Origin: Felis catus
Taxonomy: Eukaryota
Assembly: GCF_018350175.1 (NCBI RefSeq)
Contig: NC_058368.1
Span: 159,218,001 to 159,282,000 of the forward strand
DNA: 64,000 bases
Reading direction: 5' to 3'
Positions within the stretch are counted from its first letter, which is position 1. Every line of letters starts with the position of its first letter. A program made the position numbers and the translations under genes. Shown piece by piece: positions 51,598 to 64,000 of this stretch. A model generated the notes under the pieces. That model saw nothing but the letters and a program-made list of their open reading frames with translations, was not told the origin of the DNA and did no database searches.

Positions 51598-53002
51598 TCA
51601 GTATTATTTTATAGTTACCACTATCTTAGAGCGTTACATAGTGCTGCTTTCACAAGTCAACTTATCTAAAAATAAAGATGATTTAGGCCTTCTGAGAACC
51701 CTCCAGAATAATGCATGTTGAGTAGTCTGCCTATGGCTATGCTTCACCTTTTGTTAACAAGAGAAACTGACTGCTAAGGATAAAGATTGGGTAGTATGAA
51801 TGAGAACTATAAATCCTTTAGAAATAATTGTTTTATTGGTAAAATAGAAACAATATGTGCAAGCAGCATAGGAACACATGCCAAAATATCCTTTCTATTT
51901 TTATAGAAATACTTAGTCCCAGAATATGTGGATTATAAACCAGACACCTTTAAATAATACATGGGGCAAAAAAACTCTCAAGAGAAATTTAAAAAATATT
52001 TTTAACTACATGAAAATTAAAATTTATCACATTTTGTGGATTCAACAAAAACAGTGGTTAGAAGGAGATTAATACTATTGAACTTATATATTATGTTAGA
52101 AATGATCTAAAATCAATAGTCTTAAGGAATCTAGAAAAAGTAGAGCTAATTAAATCCAAAGTAAGCAGAAGAAAAGAAATAATATGAATTAGAGCAGAAG
52201 TCAATGAAACTGAAAAGAAGAAATCATTAGAAAATCAACAACAAAAAAGTTTGTGCTTTGAAAAGAACAATAAAATTGATAAGCATCTAATGAGTTTTAA
52301 AAAAAGCAAACATGAATTTTTAATGAAAAAATGAAAGGTGATATCAGTGCAGATTCTATGGACATTTAAAAGATAAAATAGTATTAACAACTCTATCCCA
52401 CAAAATTGGTAACCTACATGAAATGGACCAGTTTCTTGAAAGACACAGGAAGAAGTGGACACTCTGAATAGATATCTATATCTATTAAAGAACTAAATCA
52501 ATAATCAATTACCTTCCCAAAGAAAAAGCATCAGGTCCGGACAGGCTCACTGGTAAATTCTGCAAAATATATAAGGATGAAATTGTACCAATTCTCTGCT
52601 TTCTCTTTGAGAAGATAGAGCCAGAGGGAGTATTTCTTCATTCTATTACCCTAGTAGCAAAACCAGAAAAAGGTATTATAAGTATTAGACTAACATATTT
52701 CATGAACATAAATATAAAATCCTCATCAAAATATTAGCAAATCAAATCCAACAAGGTATGGAAAGAATTACACACAACAACAAAGCAGCATTTATCCCAG
52801 GTATACCCAGGCATATAGGACTTGTACAATATTAAAAAATGAGTTGATATAATCTATGACATTAATAGGCCAGAAAAGAAAAATCACATGATCAAATCAG
52901 CAGATGCAGAAAGAGCATTTGAGAAAATACATCATCTATTTATGATTTAAAAAAATTCCCAGTAAAATAATAAAGTGGAACCTTCTCAACATGATAAAAT
53001 AA

Positions 53003-53006
<4 letters not shown>

Positions 53007-53050
<44 letters not shown>
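53007..53050. repeat. (CA)n microsatellite within L1
   Basis: About 22 units. Confidence 0.97.
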
Positions 53051-53052
<2 letters not shown>

Positions 53053-54818
53053 CCTACAGCTAACATCACACTAGTAATGAGAAACATGAAGCTTTCTCAG
53101 TAAGATCACCATTCCTTTTTACCATCATACTGCAAGATCCAGTTAATACAGTAAGGCAAGAAAAGGAAATAAAAGTTATGCAGACTGGGAAGGAAGAAGC
53201 AAAATTATCTTTGCTTGCAGAGGACATTACCACCTATGTAGGAAATCCAAACGAATCAACAGAACAACTCCTAGAACTAACATGTGATAATAGCTGTGTT
53301 TCGGAATACAAGATTAGTGTATAAGTCAATTGTTTCCTATATACCAGCAATAAACAAGTGGAATTTGACATTTTAAGCCCAATACTATTTACATTAACAC
53401 TCCAAAAATTAGGTATTTAGGTATATATCTAACAAAATATGTACAAGATATATATATGAAAAACTACAAAAATCTGATGAAAAATATCATAGTAAATAAA
53501 TAGATATCCCAAGTTTATGGATGGAAGGACTCAATATTGACAGGATGTCATTTCTTCTCAACCTGATCTATATAATTCCATTCCTGCTCAGTATAATTCC
53601 ATTATTTTTAAAGTTATTTCATTGATGAACTGATTCTAAAGTTTATATGGAGAGATGAAAGGCCCAGAAAGCCAACTCAATTTTGAAGAACAAGTATAAC
53701 GACTGACCCTACCCAATGACAGAAATTCTATAAAGCTACAGTTAACAATACAGTGTGTTATAGTGAAAGAGTAGATACATAGATCAACAGAATAGAATAG
53801 AGAGTCCAGAAATAAACTCAAATAACTATAGTCAACTAATTTTTGACAAAGAAACAAAGGCACTACAATAGAGCAAAGATAGCCTTTTCAACAAACAGTG
53901 CTAGAAAAACTAGAGATCCTCATGCAAATTAACGAATCTAGACCTAGACTTTACACTCTTCACAAAAGGTGACTCAAAATGGATCCTTGCACCTAAATAT
54001 AAAACATAGAAGTATAAATTTTCTGGAAGGTAACATAGGTGAAACCACAGATAATCTTGGATATAGTGATGAGTTTTCAGGTACCACACTGAAGGCACAA
54101 TCCATGAAAGAAATAATTGATAATCTGGACTTCATTAAAAAAGTAAAACTTCTGTGAAAGACAAATCAAGAGAATGAGAAGACACACCACAGACTAGGTG
54201 AAAATATTTTCAAAGACAAATCTGAGAAAGGACTATTTTCCAAAATATACAATGAACTTTAAACTAAACAATAAGAAAACAAGCTACCCAATTAAAAAGT
54301 GGGCCAAAGACCTTTACAAAAACCTCACCAAATACACGCAGATGTAAAATAAGCATGTGAAAAGATATTCTATATCATATGTCTTCAGGGAAATGCAAAT
54401 TTAAAAAATGATAGGATACCACTACAAACCTATTACAATGGCCAAAATCTGCACATTGAGAACATCAAATGCTGATGAGAATGGGGTCCAGCGGGCACTC
54501 ATACCTTGCTGGTGGGAATGCAAAACACTACAGCCACTTTGGGATATAGTTGAGACATTTCTTACAACACTAAACATACTTTTACCATATCATTCAGCAA
54601 TAGCACTCCTTGTGTTTACCCAAAGAATTGAAAACTGATGTTAATGCAAAAACCTGTATGTGGATGTTTATAACAGCTTTATTGAATTGAAAAATTGAAT
54701 TACAACTTTATTTAATTATCAAAACTTGTAAGCAACCAAGATGTCCTTCAGTACATGAATGGATAAATAAACTGGTTCGTCCAGACAATAAATATTATTC
54801 AGCACTAAAAAGAAATTA

Positions 54819-55055
54819 GAGGTCCCTGGATGGCTCAGTTGAGCATTCAACTCCTGATTTCAGCTTAGGTTATGATTCCAGGGTCGTGGAATCTAGCCCC
54901 ATGTCAGGCTCCACATTGAACATGGAGCCTGCTTAAGATATTCTCTTTGTCTCTATTTCTGTCACTGTCTCTCTTTGTCTCTCTCCCTCTGCCCCTCTCC
55001 CCCACTCATTAACTATCTCTCTCTAAAATAAAAAAAATAAATAAAAATTAAAAAA
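54819..55055 (+). mobile_element. Older Can-SINE within the L1MC
   Basis: CCTGGATGGCTCAGTTGAGCAT...TTTCAGCTTAGGTTATGAT head; CT tract; poly(A). Confidence 0.9.
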
Positions 55056-55699
55056 TGGAATGAGCTATCAAGCCATGAAAAGATATGGAGAAAACTTAAA
55101 TGCATATTACTAAGTGAAAAAAAGATAATCGGGAAAGGCTACATACCGTAGGATTCCAACTATATGACATTCTGGAAAAGGCAAAACTATAGAGGGTAAA
55201 AAGATTAGGGATTAACAGGGTTTGCCAGCAGGTAAGTTGGAGGGATGAATAGGCAGATCACAGAGGATTTTTAGGTCAGTGAAAATACTCTTTAAGATAT
55301 CATAATGATACATTCGTGTCCTACATTTGTCTAAGCTCATGACATGTACCACACCAAAAGTGAACCTTAATATAAACTGCGGACCTTGTGTGACTATAAC
55401 ATGTCAATGTAGGTTCATCTGTTGTAACCAGTGTACCACTCTGTTGGGAGATACTGATAATGGAAGCAGCTATGCATGTGTTAGGGTAGAGGGCATATGG
55501 GAAATCTCTGTACCTTTCCCTCAATTTTGTTGTGAACCTCAAGATGCTTAAAAAATATGTCTTAATTTAAAAAATACTTTTCTCATTATGGAAAACTTTA
55601 TGATGGGATTTAGGACATTTTTAATTACCTCATGTTTTCTGTAAAAAAAAATCTTGCTTCTAATAATTTTTTCCATTGTGAAATAATTCTTTCACTTTC

Positions 55700-56110
55700 A
55701 TAAATGGTGCCAACAATTTCTTCACTTTCCCAGGTTTGCAACATCAGATCCATGTGTTTTTCCACACCTTATCTGCCAGACTCTATCAGTGATCCTTGAT
55801 TCTATCACATTGGCCCAAATCATTACCATCAGACAACTAAACCATAGCCAGAGTCCATGACTGGTCTCCTACATCTGGTCTACTTTGTTTCATTTGCACA
55901 GTACTTTTTCTTTCATCTTCTTGCTTTGATTGCTTTCATCATTTCTTTCTTCAGGCAAACATTTCTAATGGTTTTCTAGACAAAATCTAAAATTCTCTGC
56001 TTGTTTTTCAGAAACCTCTACAATTCGATCCCAAAATATATTCTCAGGTGTATCTTCCTCTCCTTCTCTATGGGGACCTTCTTTTACAACCCAGTGCTTC
56101 TGCTCACACA
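55700..56110 (+). mobile_element. L2 fragment
   Basis: CTGGTCTCCTACATCTGGTC...CAAAATCTAAAATTCTCTGCTTG resembles a decayed L2 body. Confidence 0.45.
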
Positions 56111-56115
56111 TCTTC

Positions 56116-56939
56116 TGTGGTAGGCAGATTAATATCCCCACGTCATCTTTCCGTATATACCTCCCCTTCCAAAGGTGTCCATATCCTAATTCCTGAAAAC
56201 TGGCAATATGTTAGGTTATATGGCAAACAGGAATCATGGTTACAGATGGAACTTAGCTTATATTCAGCAGACTTTGAGAGGGAGAGATTATTTTGCATTT
56301 TTCAAGTAGTATTGATAAAATCACAAGTGTCCTTATTAAATGCAACAGGGAGGCAAAGGAGAAAGACAGAGAGATAGCAGTATGAGGACACAGCCTGTTG
56401 TTGACTCTGAAGATGGAAGCCAAGAAAAGCAGGTAGCCTGTAGAAGTGGGAAAAGGAAGGGAACAGATTCTCCTCTGGAGCCTCCAGAAAGGGACATAAC
56501 TCTGCTGACACCTTGATTTTAGCACAATGACACATATTTTGGACTTCTCACTTCCCAAACTCTAAGATAATAAATCTGTGGGGTTTTTAAGTTTGTTTAT
56601 TCATTTTGAGAGACAGAGAGGGAGACAAAGAGAGAAAGAGAAAGAGAAAGAGAAAGAGAAAGAGAAAGAGAAAGAGAAAGAGAAAGAAAGAAAGAGACTA
56701 AGAGAAAGAGAAAGAGAACACACAGGGGAGATGCAGAAAGAGGGAGGGAGAGAATCTCAAGCCAGCTCTGCTCCTATAGCGATGGGAGGCTTGATCCCAC
56801 AAACTGTGAGATCATGACCTGAGCCAAAATCAAAAGTCAGATGCTCAACCTACTGAGCCCCCAAGGCACCCCTCAATTTTTTTTTGTTTAAGCTACTAGG
56901 TTTGTGGTAAGTTGTTACATTAGCAATAGAAAATAATGC
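56116..56939 (+). mobile_element. MLT1D-like LTR interrupted by a SINE
   Basis: TGTGGTAGGCAGA start; GGAACAGATTCTCCTCTGGAGCCTCCAGAAGG...CTGCTGACACCTTGATTTTAGC; end TTACATTAGCAATAGAAAATAATGC. Confidence 0.88.
56584..56872 (-). mobile_element. Can-SINE with expanded (GAGAAA)n
   Basis: Reverse head CTGTGAGATCATGACCTGAGCC...GGCACCCC; hexamer array ~56632-56686. Confidence 0.92.
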
Positions 56940-57969
56940 CTCTTGTATTGAATTCACCCTATTAATTATATAAAGTATAGTCCACCTTTAGTTATTTGCT
57001 ACTTGTATGTTCTTCTTTGTATTACAAACTGGTGAGATCAGGGAGCTAATACACTATATATCGTTTAAGAAAATGCTTATATACACCATTTGATCTTGAA
57101 TATAGCAGGTCCTTAGTTGTCTTTACTGATAACTTGATTAAGTTTGACATTTTTTAAATACTTCTGATAAATGTCCATAATAGAGACCAATTCTCAGAAA
57201 AAAATACAGTGGAACTTCTACTCCATAACAGTCATGTATCAATTTGCATGGTGAAGGAAATTTGCCACCTTAATTGGTTAATATAAGCATCATTTCTAAG
57301 GGGTTAGTACATCAATTTACTAAATTAGGAAACTGAGCCCTATTAAGGCAAATGGATTTGTATGTGATTAAGCAGGTTATACAGAGGAAGAACCCAAATT
57401 TATAGTTATCATGTTTGTATGATTCCAAGTTAATGAACTATCCTGATATCCAAAATAGTTGCTTATAATATTAAATGAGCCACTTTGTACTGAGCCTAGT
57501 GGTATGTATTTAATCCACATGTAAGTTCCTATGATTTTTAAAAAATGCTTATGATTCTTAATAGACTCTTAGAAAGCTGTAGCATATCACATTCAATGAT
57601 GCTGTGTAGAGAATATACAAAGAGTATGGGACCCTCTAAGTCAACATTCCAGAGAGGAAAAGTAAAGTAATTGAGAGGTAAAAAAAAAACTGTTTATTTT
57701 ATTTATAATAAAGAGCTATCTTCATTGCAAATTAGAGTGGCCAGTAGTCACATATAAATGCTAAAAGTAAAATTTTTAATTGAACTTAAAATTAGTTTTT
57801 CCTTATTTAAAATGAAATTATGTTCTTTCAATAATATAATTCAGTCATATTCATAGCAGGCACATGTATACTCACTAAAATCCCAATATTTCAAACTAAT
57901 TCACTTCTGTTTTATGAAGACAGTTGCAAATGTAACACCTACAAGGTGTAAGAGATGAATTGGTGCCCC

Positions 57970-58111
57970 AAGAATCTTCTGGAAAACCATTACAGATACT
58001 CCCACCAACCCTCCATTGTTACAGCAGAATCTCCAGAAGTGCAGCCATGCTTGACTATTTCTTAATGCTTCCAAGTTGGCTCTAATGTGCAGACAGTTTC
58101 AAGAATCACTA
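57970..58111. mobile_element. MER5-like MITE fragment
   Basis: CAGAATCTCCAG...TCTAATGTGCAGACAGTTTCAAGAATCACT. Confidence 0.55.
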
Positions 58112-59494
58112 GGATAGGAGATAAATTCCTTGTATACAGTTAATCTTCTCCCTTTTCCTCAGGTAGAGTTCAGAAAAAAAAAAAAGTTTGGCAGTTGCTG
58201 AAATTGAAAGCTAACCTTTTTTTCTTGTGGAACTGAAAAGATAAAAGGTGATAGGATACACAATTGGTATATTATATACATCCTTAAAGAGAATAGTTTT
58301 GCACATTTTGGCAAAAAAAGTCTATTTTGGTGGGTTTCAATATAAAATATCAGTCATTATGAAATGTGTTCATAATTTTCATTCTGTTCTATAATAGTAG
58401 AGAAATATTTGACTTCATTATGTTCATGGAACAAATATTTTTAAAGACTATGTATAGCTTTGGCTTTGACATCTGTGATGAGTTCTGGGATCAATAATTT
58501 CCTATGCAAAAATTAAGAATAGGCACAAAAACTAGCCATCTACTTCATGGATCTACTGCCCATTTATTTGGAAGATAATCTGTGAAATTTCTGTACTGGA
58601 AGTTACATTTTCCTATCTATTTTTAAAATAAATCTATTTGTTAAAAACAGGAGAATGATAAATATATTGGTAGGATTTTTAAAGAAAGAACCTGTAGCAC
58701 ATTAACACATTTTATCTTTATATTCCCATTTTAACATTCAAATTGACTATTTTAAGGTAAATCTAAAAAAGACTATTAAGCATAGTAAAGATGATAGCAA
58801 ATCAATATTATAAATCTATAGTTGAAAAATAAAGAGTTTGAAAAAAATTGCAGGTTTCAGCTATTAGGAAAATTTTGGTGTTTTATAAAGAAGATATCTC
58901 AAAAGCTACTTAACATTGAAGGATCAAAAGGGAATGAATGTAACTCTCAGAGTGAATTATGAGCTACAGCCAAAGACTGACATTTAAAGCCAATGGTAAT
59001 CAGAAACAAGAGAATTAGAGAATCAAAAAATGCTCCCATAAGCTCTAAATACAGATGTTATTTGGGCATTGAGAATACTGTGTAGAGATTATAAACTGCC
59101 CTGTACAGAAAAAGGAGTTGGAAAATTGGTTCTTAAAAGTAAATCAACTATTTCTACCAGATAGTGTAGTCCATTTCTTCTACATACTTGTACAATCAAA
59201 ATCCCCATGACATAATACAACAAATGTAGCAAATCACTGAAAATTATAAAGCCTAGTTACTGTAGAATTTGAGGAATGACAAGGGAGTGTGTTCTCTGAA
59301 TTTCCTTATTGCTTACCATATTTTTGGAACAGAGAACTGTGGAAGCCTACACCCAAAACAACCAATAGTCACAGTCAGAAAAAGTTCAAAGAAGATCCTG
59401 TCCTCATTAGTCAAAAGAAAGAGAAAAGAATAGCCCAACAACAGGAAAACTTTTTGCATTACCTGCCCTACACACAAACATAAAAATGTGTACA

Positions 59495-59914
59495 CACACA
59501 AATACACAAGCAAATATTTCGTGGGTAGAAATTTTCAACTCATTTGAATAAACTTGAAGGGGTATTATTGCTAATGTAGTAAGAGTATGTTTAGTTTTAT
59601 AAGAAACTGTTAAACTGTATTCTAAAATGGCTGGACCATTTTGTATTCCCACCAGCAATAAATGGGAGTTCTTCTTACACTTAATACTGAGTGGAAAAAG
59701 GCAATCTTATGATTCTATTTATATTAGATTCTTTAAATGACTAATTATAAAAATGAATAACAGATTAATGATTGCTACAAGTCAAGAATGGAGTGGGATG
59801 GTGCACCTGGGTGGCTCAGTTGGTTAAGCATCCAACTCTTGGTTTTAGCTCAGGTCATGATTTCATGATTCGAGGGATCGAGCTTACCATGTGACAACAC
59901 AGAGCCTTCTTAGG

Positions 59915-59961
<47 letters not shown>

Positions 59962-60233
59962 AAATAAATAAACATTAAATAAAGAATGGAATGGCGTGTA
60001 TTGTAGGAAGGAGGTGGATGTGGCTGTAAAAGGTAACACCAAGGATCCTCATAGTAATGGGTATGTTCTGTATCTTGAATGTATCATACTGCTTGTATCA
60101 ATATACTGCTTGTTCTGTTGTACTACAGTTTTAAAACATGTTACCATTGAAAGAAACTGTGTAAGACATATGTGAGATTTGTCTGCATTTTTTATAACTG
60201 CATATGAATCCACAATTATTTCAAAACAAAAAC
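59495..60233 (+). mobile_element. L1MD-like 3' end with an inverted upstream segment (59495-59676 minus)
   Basis: Antisense CCATTTTGTATTCCCACCAGCAAT abuts sense 3'UTR ...CATGTTACCATTG...TTATAACTGCATATGAATCCACAATTATTTCAAAA. Confidence 0.8.
59800..59981 (+). mobile_element. Can-SINE within the L1MD
   Basis: TSD AAGAATGGA(G/A)TGG at 59784 and 59982. Confidence 0.93.
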
Positions 60234-60375
60234 TCTTTCATCTCCGTGAACAAATTTGCATTCACCTAAAAACGCCGTATGTATAGAACTTATTGTTTTG
60301 CAAAGCAAGTTCACAAATGTTACCTCATTTGACTAAAAAAACAAAACAGAACAGCAACAACAACCACAAATAGAA

Positions 60376-60490
60376 CAGATGGATGAAACTAGGAGCTGGT
60401 TCTTTGAAAAGATAAGCAAAATTGATAAAACTTTAGCCAGACTTATTAGAGACAGTGAGAGGGAGGGAGGGAGGGAGAGAGGGAGGGAGG

Positions 60491-60553
<63 letters not shown>

Positions 60554-60824
60554 CTCAAATAGACTTAGAAATTAGGAAGGAGAAATAACCATCACCACAG
60601 AAATACAAAGAATTATAAGAGAATATCATGAAAAACTACAGCTGTCCAACAAATTGGACAATCTAGAAGAAATGGATAAATTCTTAGAAAACTTTCCAAA
60701 ACTGAATCAGGAAGAAAGAAAATTTGAATAGACATTACTTGAAATGGAATTGAATCAGTAATCAAAAAACTCCCACAACAAAAGTCCAGGGCCCCGTAAC
60801 TTCACAGGTGACTTCTACCAAATG
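60376..60824 (+). mobile_element. Internal L1 ORF2 fragment with (GA)n
   Basis: DETRSWFFEKISKIDKTLARLI; NKLDNLEEMDKFLE; KSPGP..FTGDFYQ. Confidence 0.9.
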
Positions 60825-62144
60825 TCATGTCATTTAGTTCTTCCAAGGACCACATTGATTTTTCTCTCCATTAAATAGATGACAAAATTGAGAGTGTGTG
60901 ATTTGTCTAAGGTGATTCAGCCAGTAGGTAACAGAATAAGGACTCTGTTTCTACTGCACATGTCTTTCTTCTCTCACAAATATACTTCCTTTGGCTTTCC
61001 TCCTCTGTTCAGATACCTAATCATTATTCCAAGAAGTAGCCTTTGTGTCTAAATTTATTGTTCATGGATTTTTACCCTTCTTATGTGGCCAGCTGTTTCT
61101 CTTAGATAAATCCTTAGTGCCTACATTTGCCCTCTGGGGCTCCTCAGCTTTAGCCCTCCAAGGCTCTGCCCTGGGCCCATGATTCTCCCTAGTTCTCCTA
61201 AGGGACTGGCTCTCATTCCCAAGTCCTTGTCAGTACTGCTTTTTGTTCTGTTCACAGAAGACTCTCCTGGGTCAACAAATCTGCCTTACCCACACCTGGC
61301 TCAAATCGTTTTTCCCTTCAGATTGTGATAAAAGTAAAGTACTTTTCTCCAAATGCATTATTTGCTTCAATATGGGGAATATAAAGAATAAGTGGCCCAA
61401 GGTATAAAACTGATCCTAAGCAGTAGGAACTCAACATCTGCTATCATACCCACATATGGAACTTTAATTTCCATTTGGTGTGCCAGGCTTCTGAGGAATG
61501 TTGAAAGCCTTTAAACATTTGTGAATAATAGTAGGAAGAAATGTAATTGGCCCAAAGAGAGACCTCCTTTACCAGTATTTTATAGCTTTTATATTCAGTG
61601 TTATAAATAATATATTTAGTGTTCTTCAGAGACTTCCAAATCCAAACAAGGATACCTTTTGAATTAGATGACACTTGAAAAAATCATAATCTCTCTTTAA
61701 TATATGTTACATATATATGTATGTTTATAATCAAGAAGTCACATTGAGTCAAGAAATATTGAATTTCTCACCATAAAGTATTCAATATAGAGTCATGCAT
61801 GGAAGCTTACCTTGATACCTTTGTCTCTTTGGATGTTAAATTCAAAATTCAAAAGAACACATTACTCCCAGATTTATATGTCATTCATTTGCTAATTTAT
61901 TTAAATTACACTTGTGCTCATGTATAGCAACATCCATACTAGTGGCTATGGTATCTTGAGTTTGAAAGTTTTTCCTGATTTTCTTGCAACTACAAGCTGC
62001 AGGCTGTGGAAACATCTTAATGAAGACAAAGGCTTGGAATTTTGCAAAAGAATTTGCAAGGTCCCCTCTCACCAGCATGTCTTGCCAATTTTGTTGGTAA
62101 CACTACTTGACAGTATATGGTCTCTTAATTAAGTCTTTGCATTT

Positions 62145-62392
62145 TCCTCCTATTGCCTTGCCTGTCTTTCTCATCCTTTGTCCTCTCTCTACTATCTTCT
62201 CTTCCTATAGTCTCACCTCTGCATTTCCTCCTAGGTCTCCCTTTCCCCTGTTTATCCTTATCCCCAACTGAGCCCATCACCTTCTCTCTCCTCCCCTCCT
62301 TACCCATTCACACTCTTCCCTCACCCCTTCTTCCACATGTACTACCTCCCATTCCATTTCTGTCCTTTCCCTCCATCTCCTTTTTCCATTCC
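62145..62392. repeat. Polypyrimidine low-complexity tract
   Basis: About 250 bp, mostly C/T. Confidence 0.85.
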
Positions 62393-63618
62393 CAAAAGTG
62401 TGGTTCTTAAAGTGTATCTTCTTTATAAACATATTTGTAGTCAATAAGGAAATATCCTCAGCTTGCCTGGAAGGATACTTATTAATCACCTCTAAAGTAG
62501 AAAGAGAACTAGGATGATAATGATAATAGTAATAGTATTGCTATGAGCTGTGTAGATTGCTCTTTTTACTGTTTAGATCCCAACTAGTATTTTTCCTCTT
62601 ACAAGTACAGAATACATTGAATAGGATACAGATTTTCTTTGCAAGATAACATCCCCTTTCCCTGGTTAAAAAAAATGTATGTGTTTTTTCTTGCTTTACA
62701 AATTTTTGATGGGAAGTTTACAAATTTGAGGCTAGCAGTTTTATGAGATGTGACAAAGGTATAGTTCTGTTGTTCTCACTACCTCACAGCAAGTGAGAAA
62801 ATACAGGTAAAAGTAAAGTGCAACTCCCACAGGTAAAAATGCCTCTCTTTCTTCCAAACAAGTGCTCTAGTATTGCACAAAACAAAAATATACAATCAAT
62901 AGGGAATGACTGAATAGCACTGTGCCAAAGAGAAAGAAATGGAATGGAATGAAAAGTAAAATGCCTCAGTTGTAGTGCTTCTCAGAGAACAATATGATTT
63001 TTCCTTTTAAAGAATACACAAGGGATATGGGTAAAGCCATACCGTATACTTTAAAAAAGTAGATTTATAGACACATGAGAAAAGTTGGTGTTGATAATAT
63101 GTAGTCTCTTAAGAAAGTTTTTATGAAGACGATATTGCACTAAGGGAAAAAAAATCTAAGAAAGAACTTTACAAATGCATAAAATGCTCATGCATTACTG
63201 CTTTTCTGAATTCCAAAGAACCATATGCTAGGTCAAGTCTTAACTAGTTTGAAGTACCGGGTTGATTTACTTATACAACAATTTACTGTTTTACTCAGTA
63301 TTCAGCTTCCTGAATTTTACTGTTGTCAAGTATCATTATTTTTCTTAACCAGTGGTCTCATTCTCTGATCAAATGTGGTTTTAAAAATGCAACTCACCAA
63401 CACAACTATGACATTTACATTTACCATTTAAATTTTAACTGGTAATTATTATTTCATTATATTCAGTTAAAAGGCCATATCAGGTGCCTGAGTTAAGAGA
63501 TAAGCTGGAAAGAAGACCTTAAGGAAAAATGTGTTTTAAATGTTGGTGGGTACAAGTAGGTGTGCAGTAAAGGTCAGGTCTTGGGGTCTAGCTGTTGACA
63601 TGAATACATTTTCTTAAT

Positions 63619-63655
63619 CTCTCTCTCTGTCTCTCTGTCTCTCTCTGTCTCTCTC

Positions 63656-63715
<60 letters not shown>

Positions 63716-63716
63716 A
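63619..63716. repeat. Compound (CT/CTGT)n(CA)n microsatellite
   Basis: Directly visible. Confidence 0.97.
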
Positions 63717-64000
63717 GTCCATTCTTCAATTTATACTCACACACACATATACAATCATATGCATATACACATTTGTTTATACTTTATCTGACTTGGTCTT
63801 TTCCTTTTATTTCATGGATCTACCAAATTGTTAGGAACTCTCTATTTTACATTATCTTTTATAATTGTTCAATCCTATGTAAAGAGGTCAACTGAAATGA
63901 AACTGAATTTGTTAAGGTTTTAATTTCATTTTTTGAGTTTTGTGCACATTGCTGATGAAGCTTGTTAAATCAGATTCCAATGTAAGAAATCACAGTTGTT

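Larger units (their letters stand above)
51920..55573 (+). mobile_element. L1MC1-like element, decayed ORF2 through 3'UTR
   Basis: Collinear ORF2 remnants (AAAATCCTCATCAAAATATTAGCAAATCAAATCC; AGCAGATGCAGAAAGAGCATTTGA) and L1MC-type 3' end GGGCATATGGGAAATCTCTGTACCTT...TTTTGTTGTGAACCT. Confidence 0.9.

Noticed and set aside
483..59981. tRNA genes
   Set aside because: The tRNA-like A/B-box sequences are heads of Can-SINEs followed by CT tracts and poly(A).
1..64000. ORF-track entries as protein-coding genes or an operon-like novel system
   Set aside because: All are short (178 aa or less), many start at non-ATG codons, and most lie in SINE/L1/LTR/microsatellite sequence or the FTL pseudogene. 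This is mammalian non-coding DNA.

Overview
AT-rich, gene-poor mammalian genomic DNA from a felid, inferred from about 20 tRNA-derived Can-SINEs, several of the young cat SINEC_Fc type, plus carnivore L1s. No intact protein-coding gene can be supported; most ORF-track entries fall in repeats or a pseudogene. The only recognisable gene-derived sequence is a decayed ferritin light chain (FTL) processed pseudogene (- strand, ~15841-16726). It sits inside a Tigger2a-like DNA transposon and has lost the CAGUG loop of its iron-responsive element. The rest is L1 fragments of several ages (two 5'-inverted, one internally deleted), MLT/LTR16 LTRs, MIR/L2/MER5 relics and microsatellites. The most unusual unexplained structure is a local inverted duplication of a SINE plus 115 bp of its non-repeat flank (9871-10210 vs 11969-12288). 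A second ~30-bp local inverted copy lies at 46609/47352. I found no convincing new multi-gene biological system. Subfamily names come from recalled consensus sequences, not a database search.
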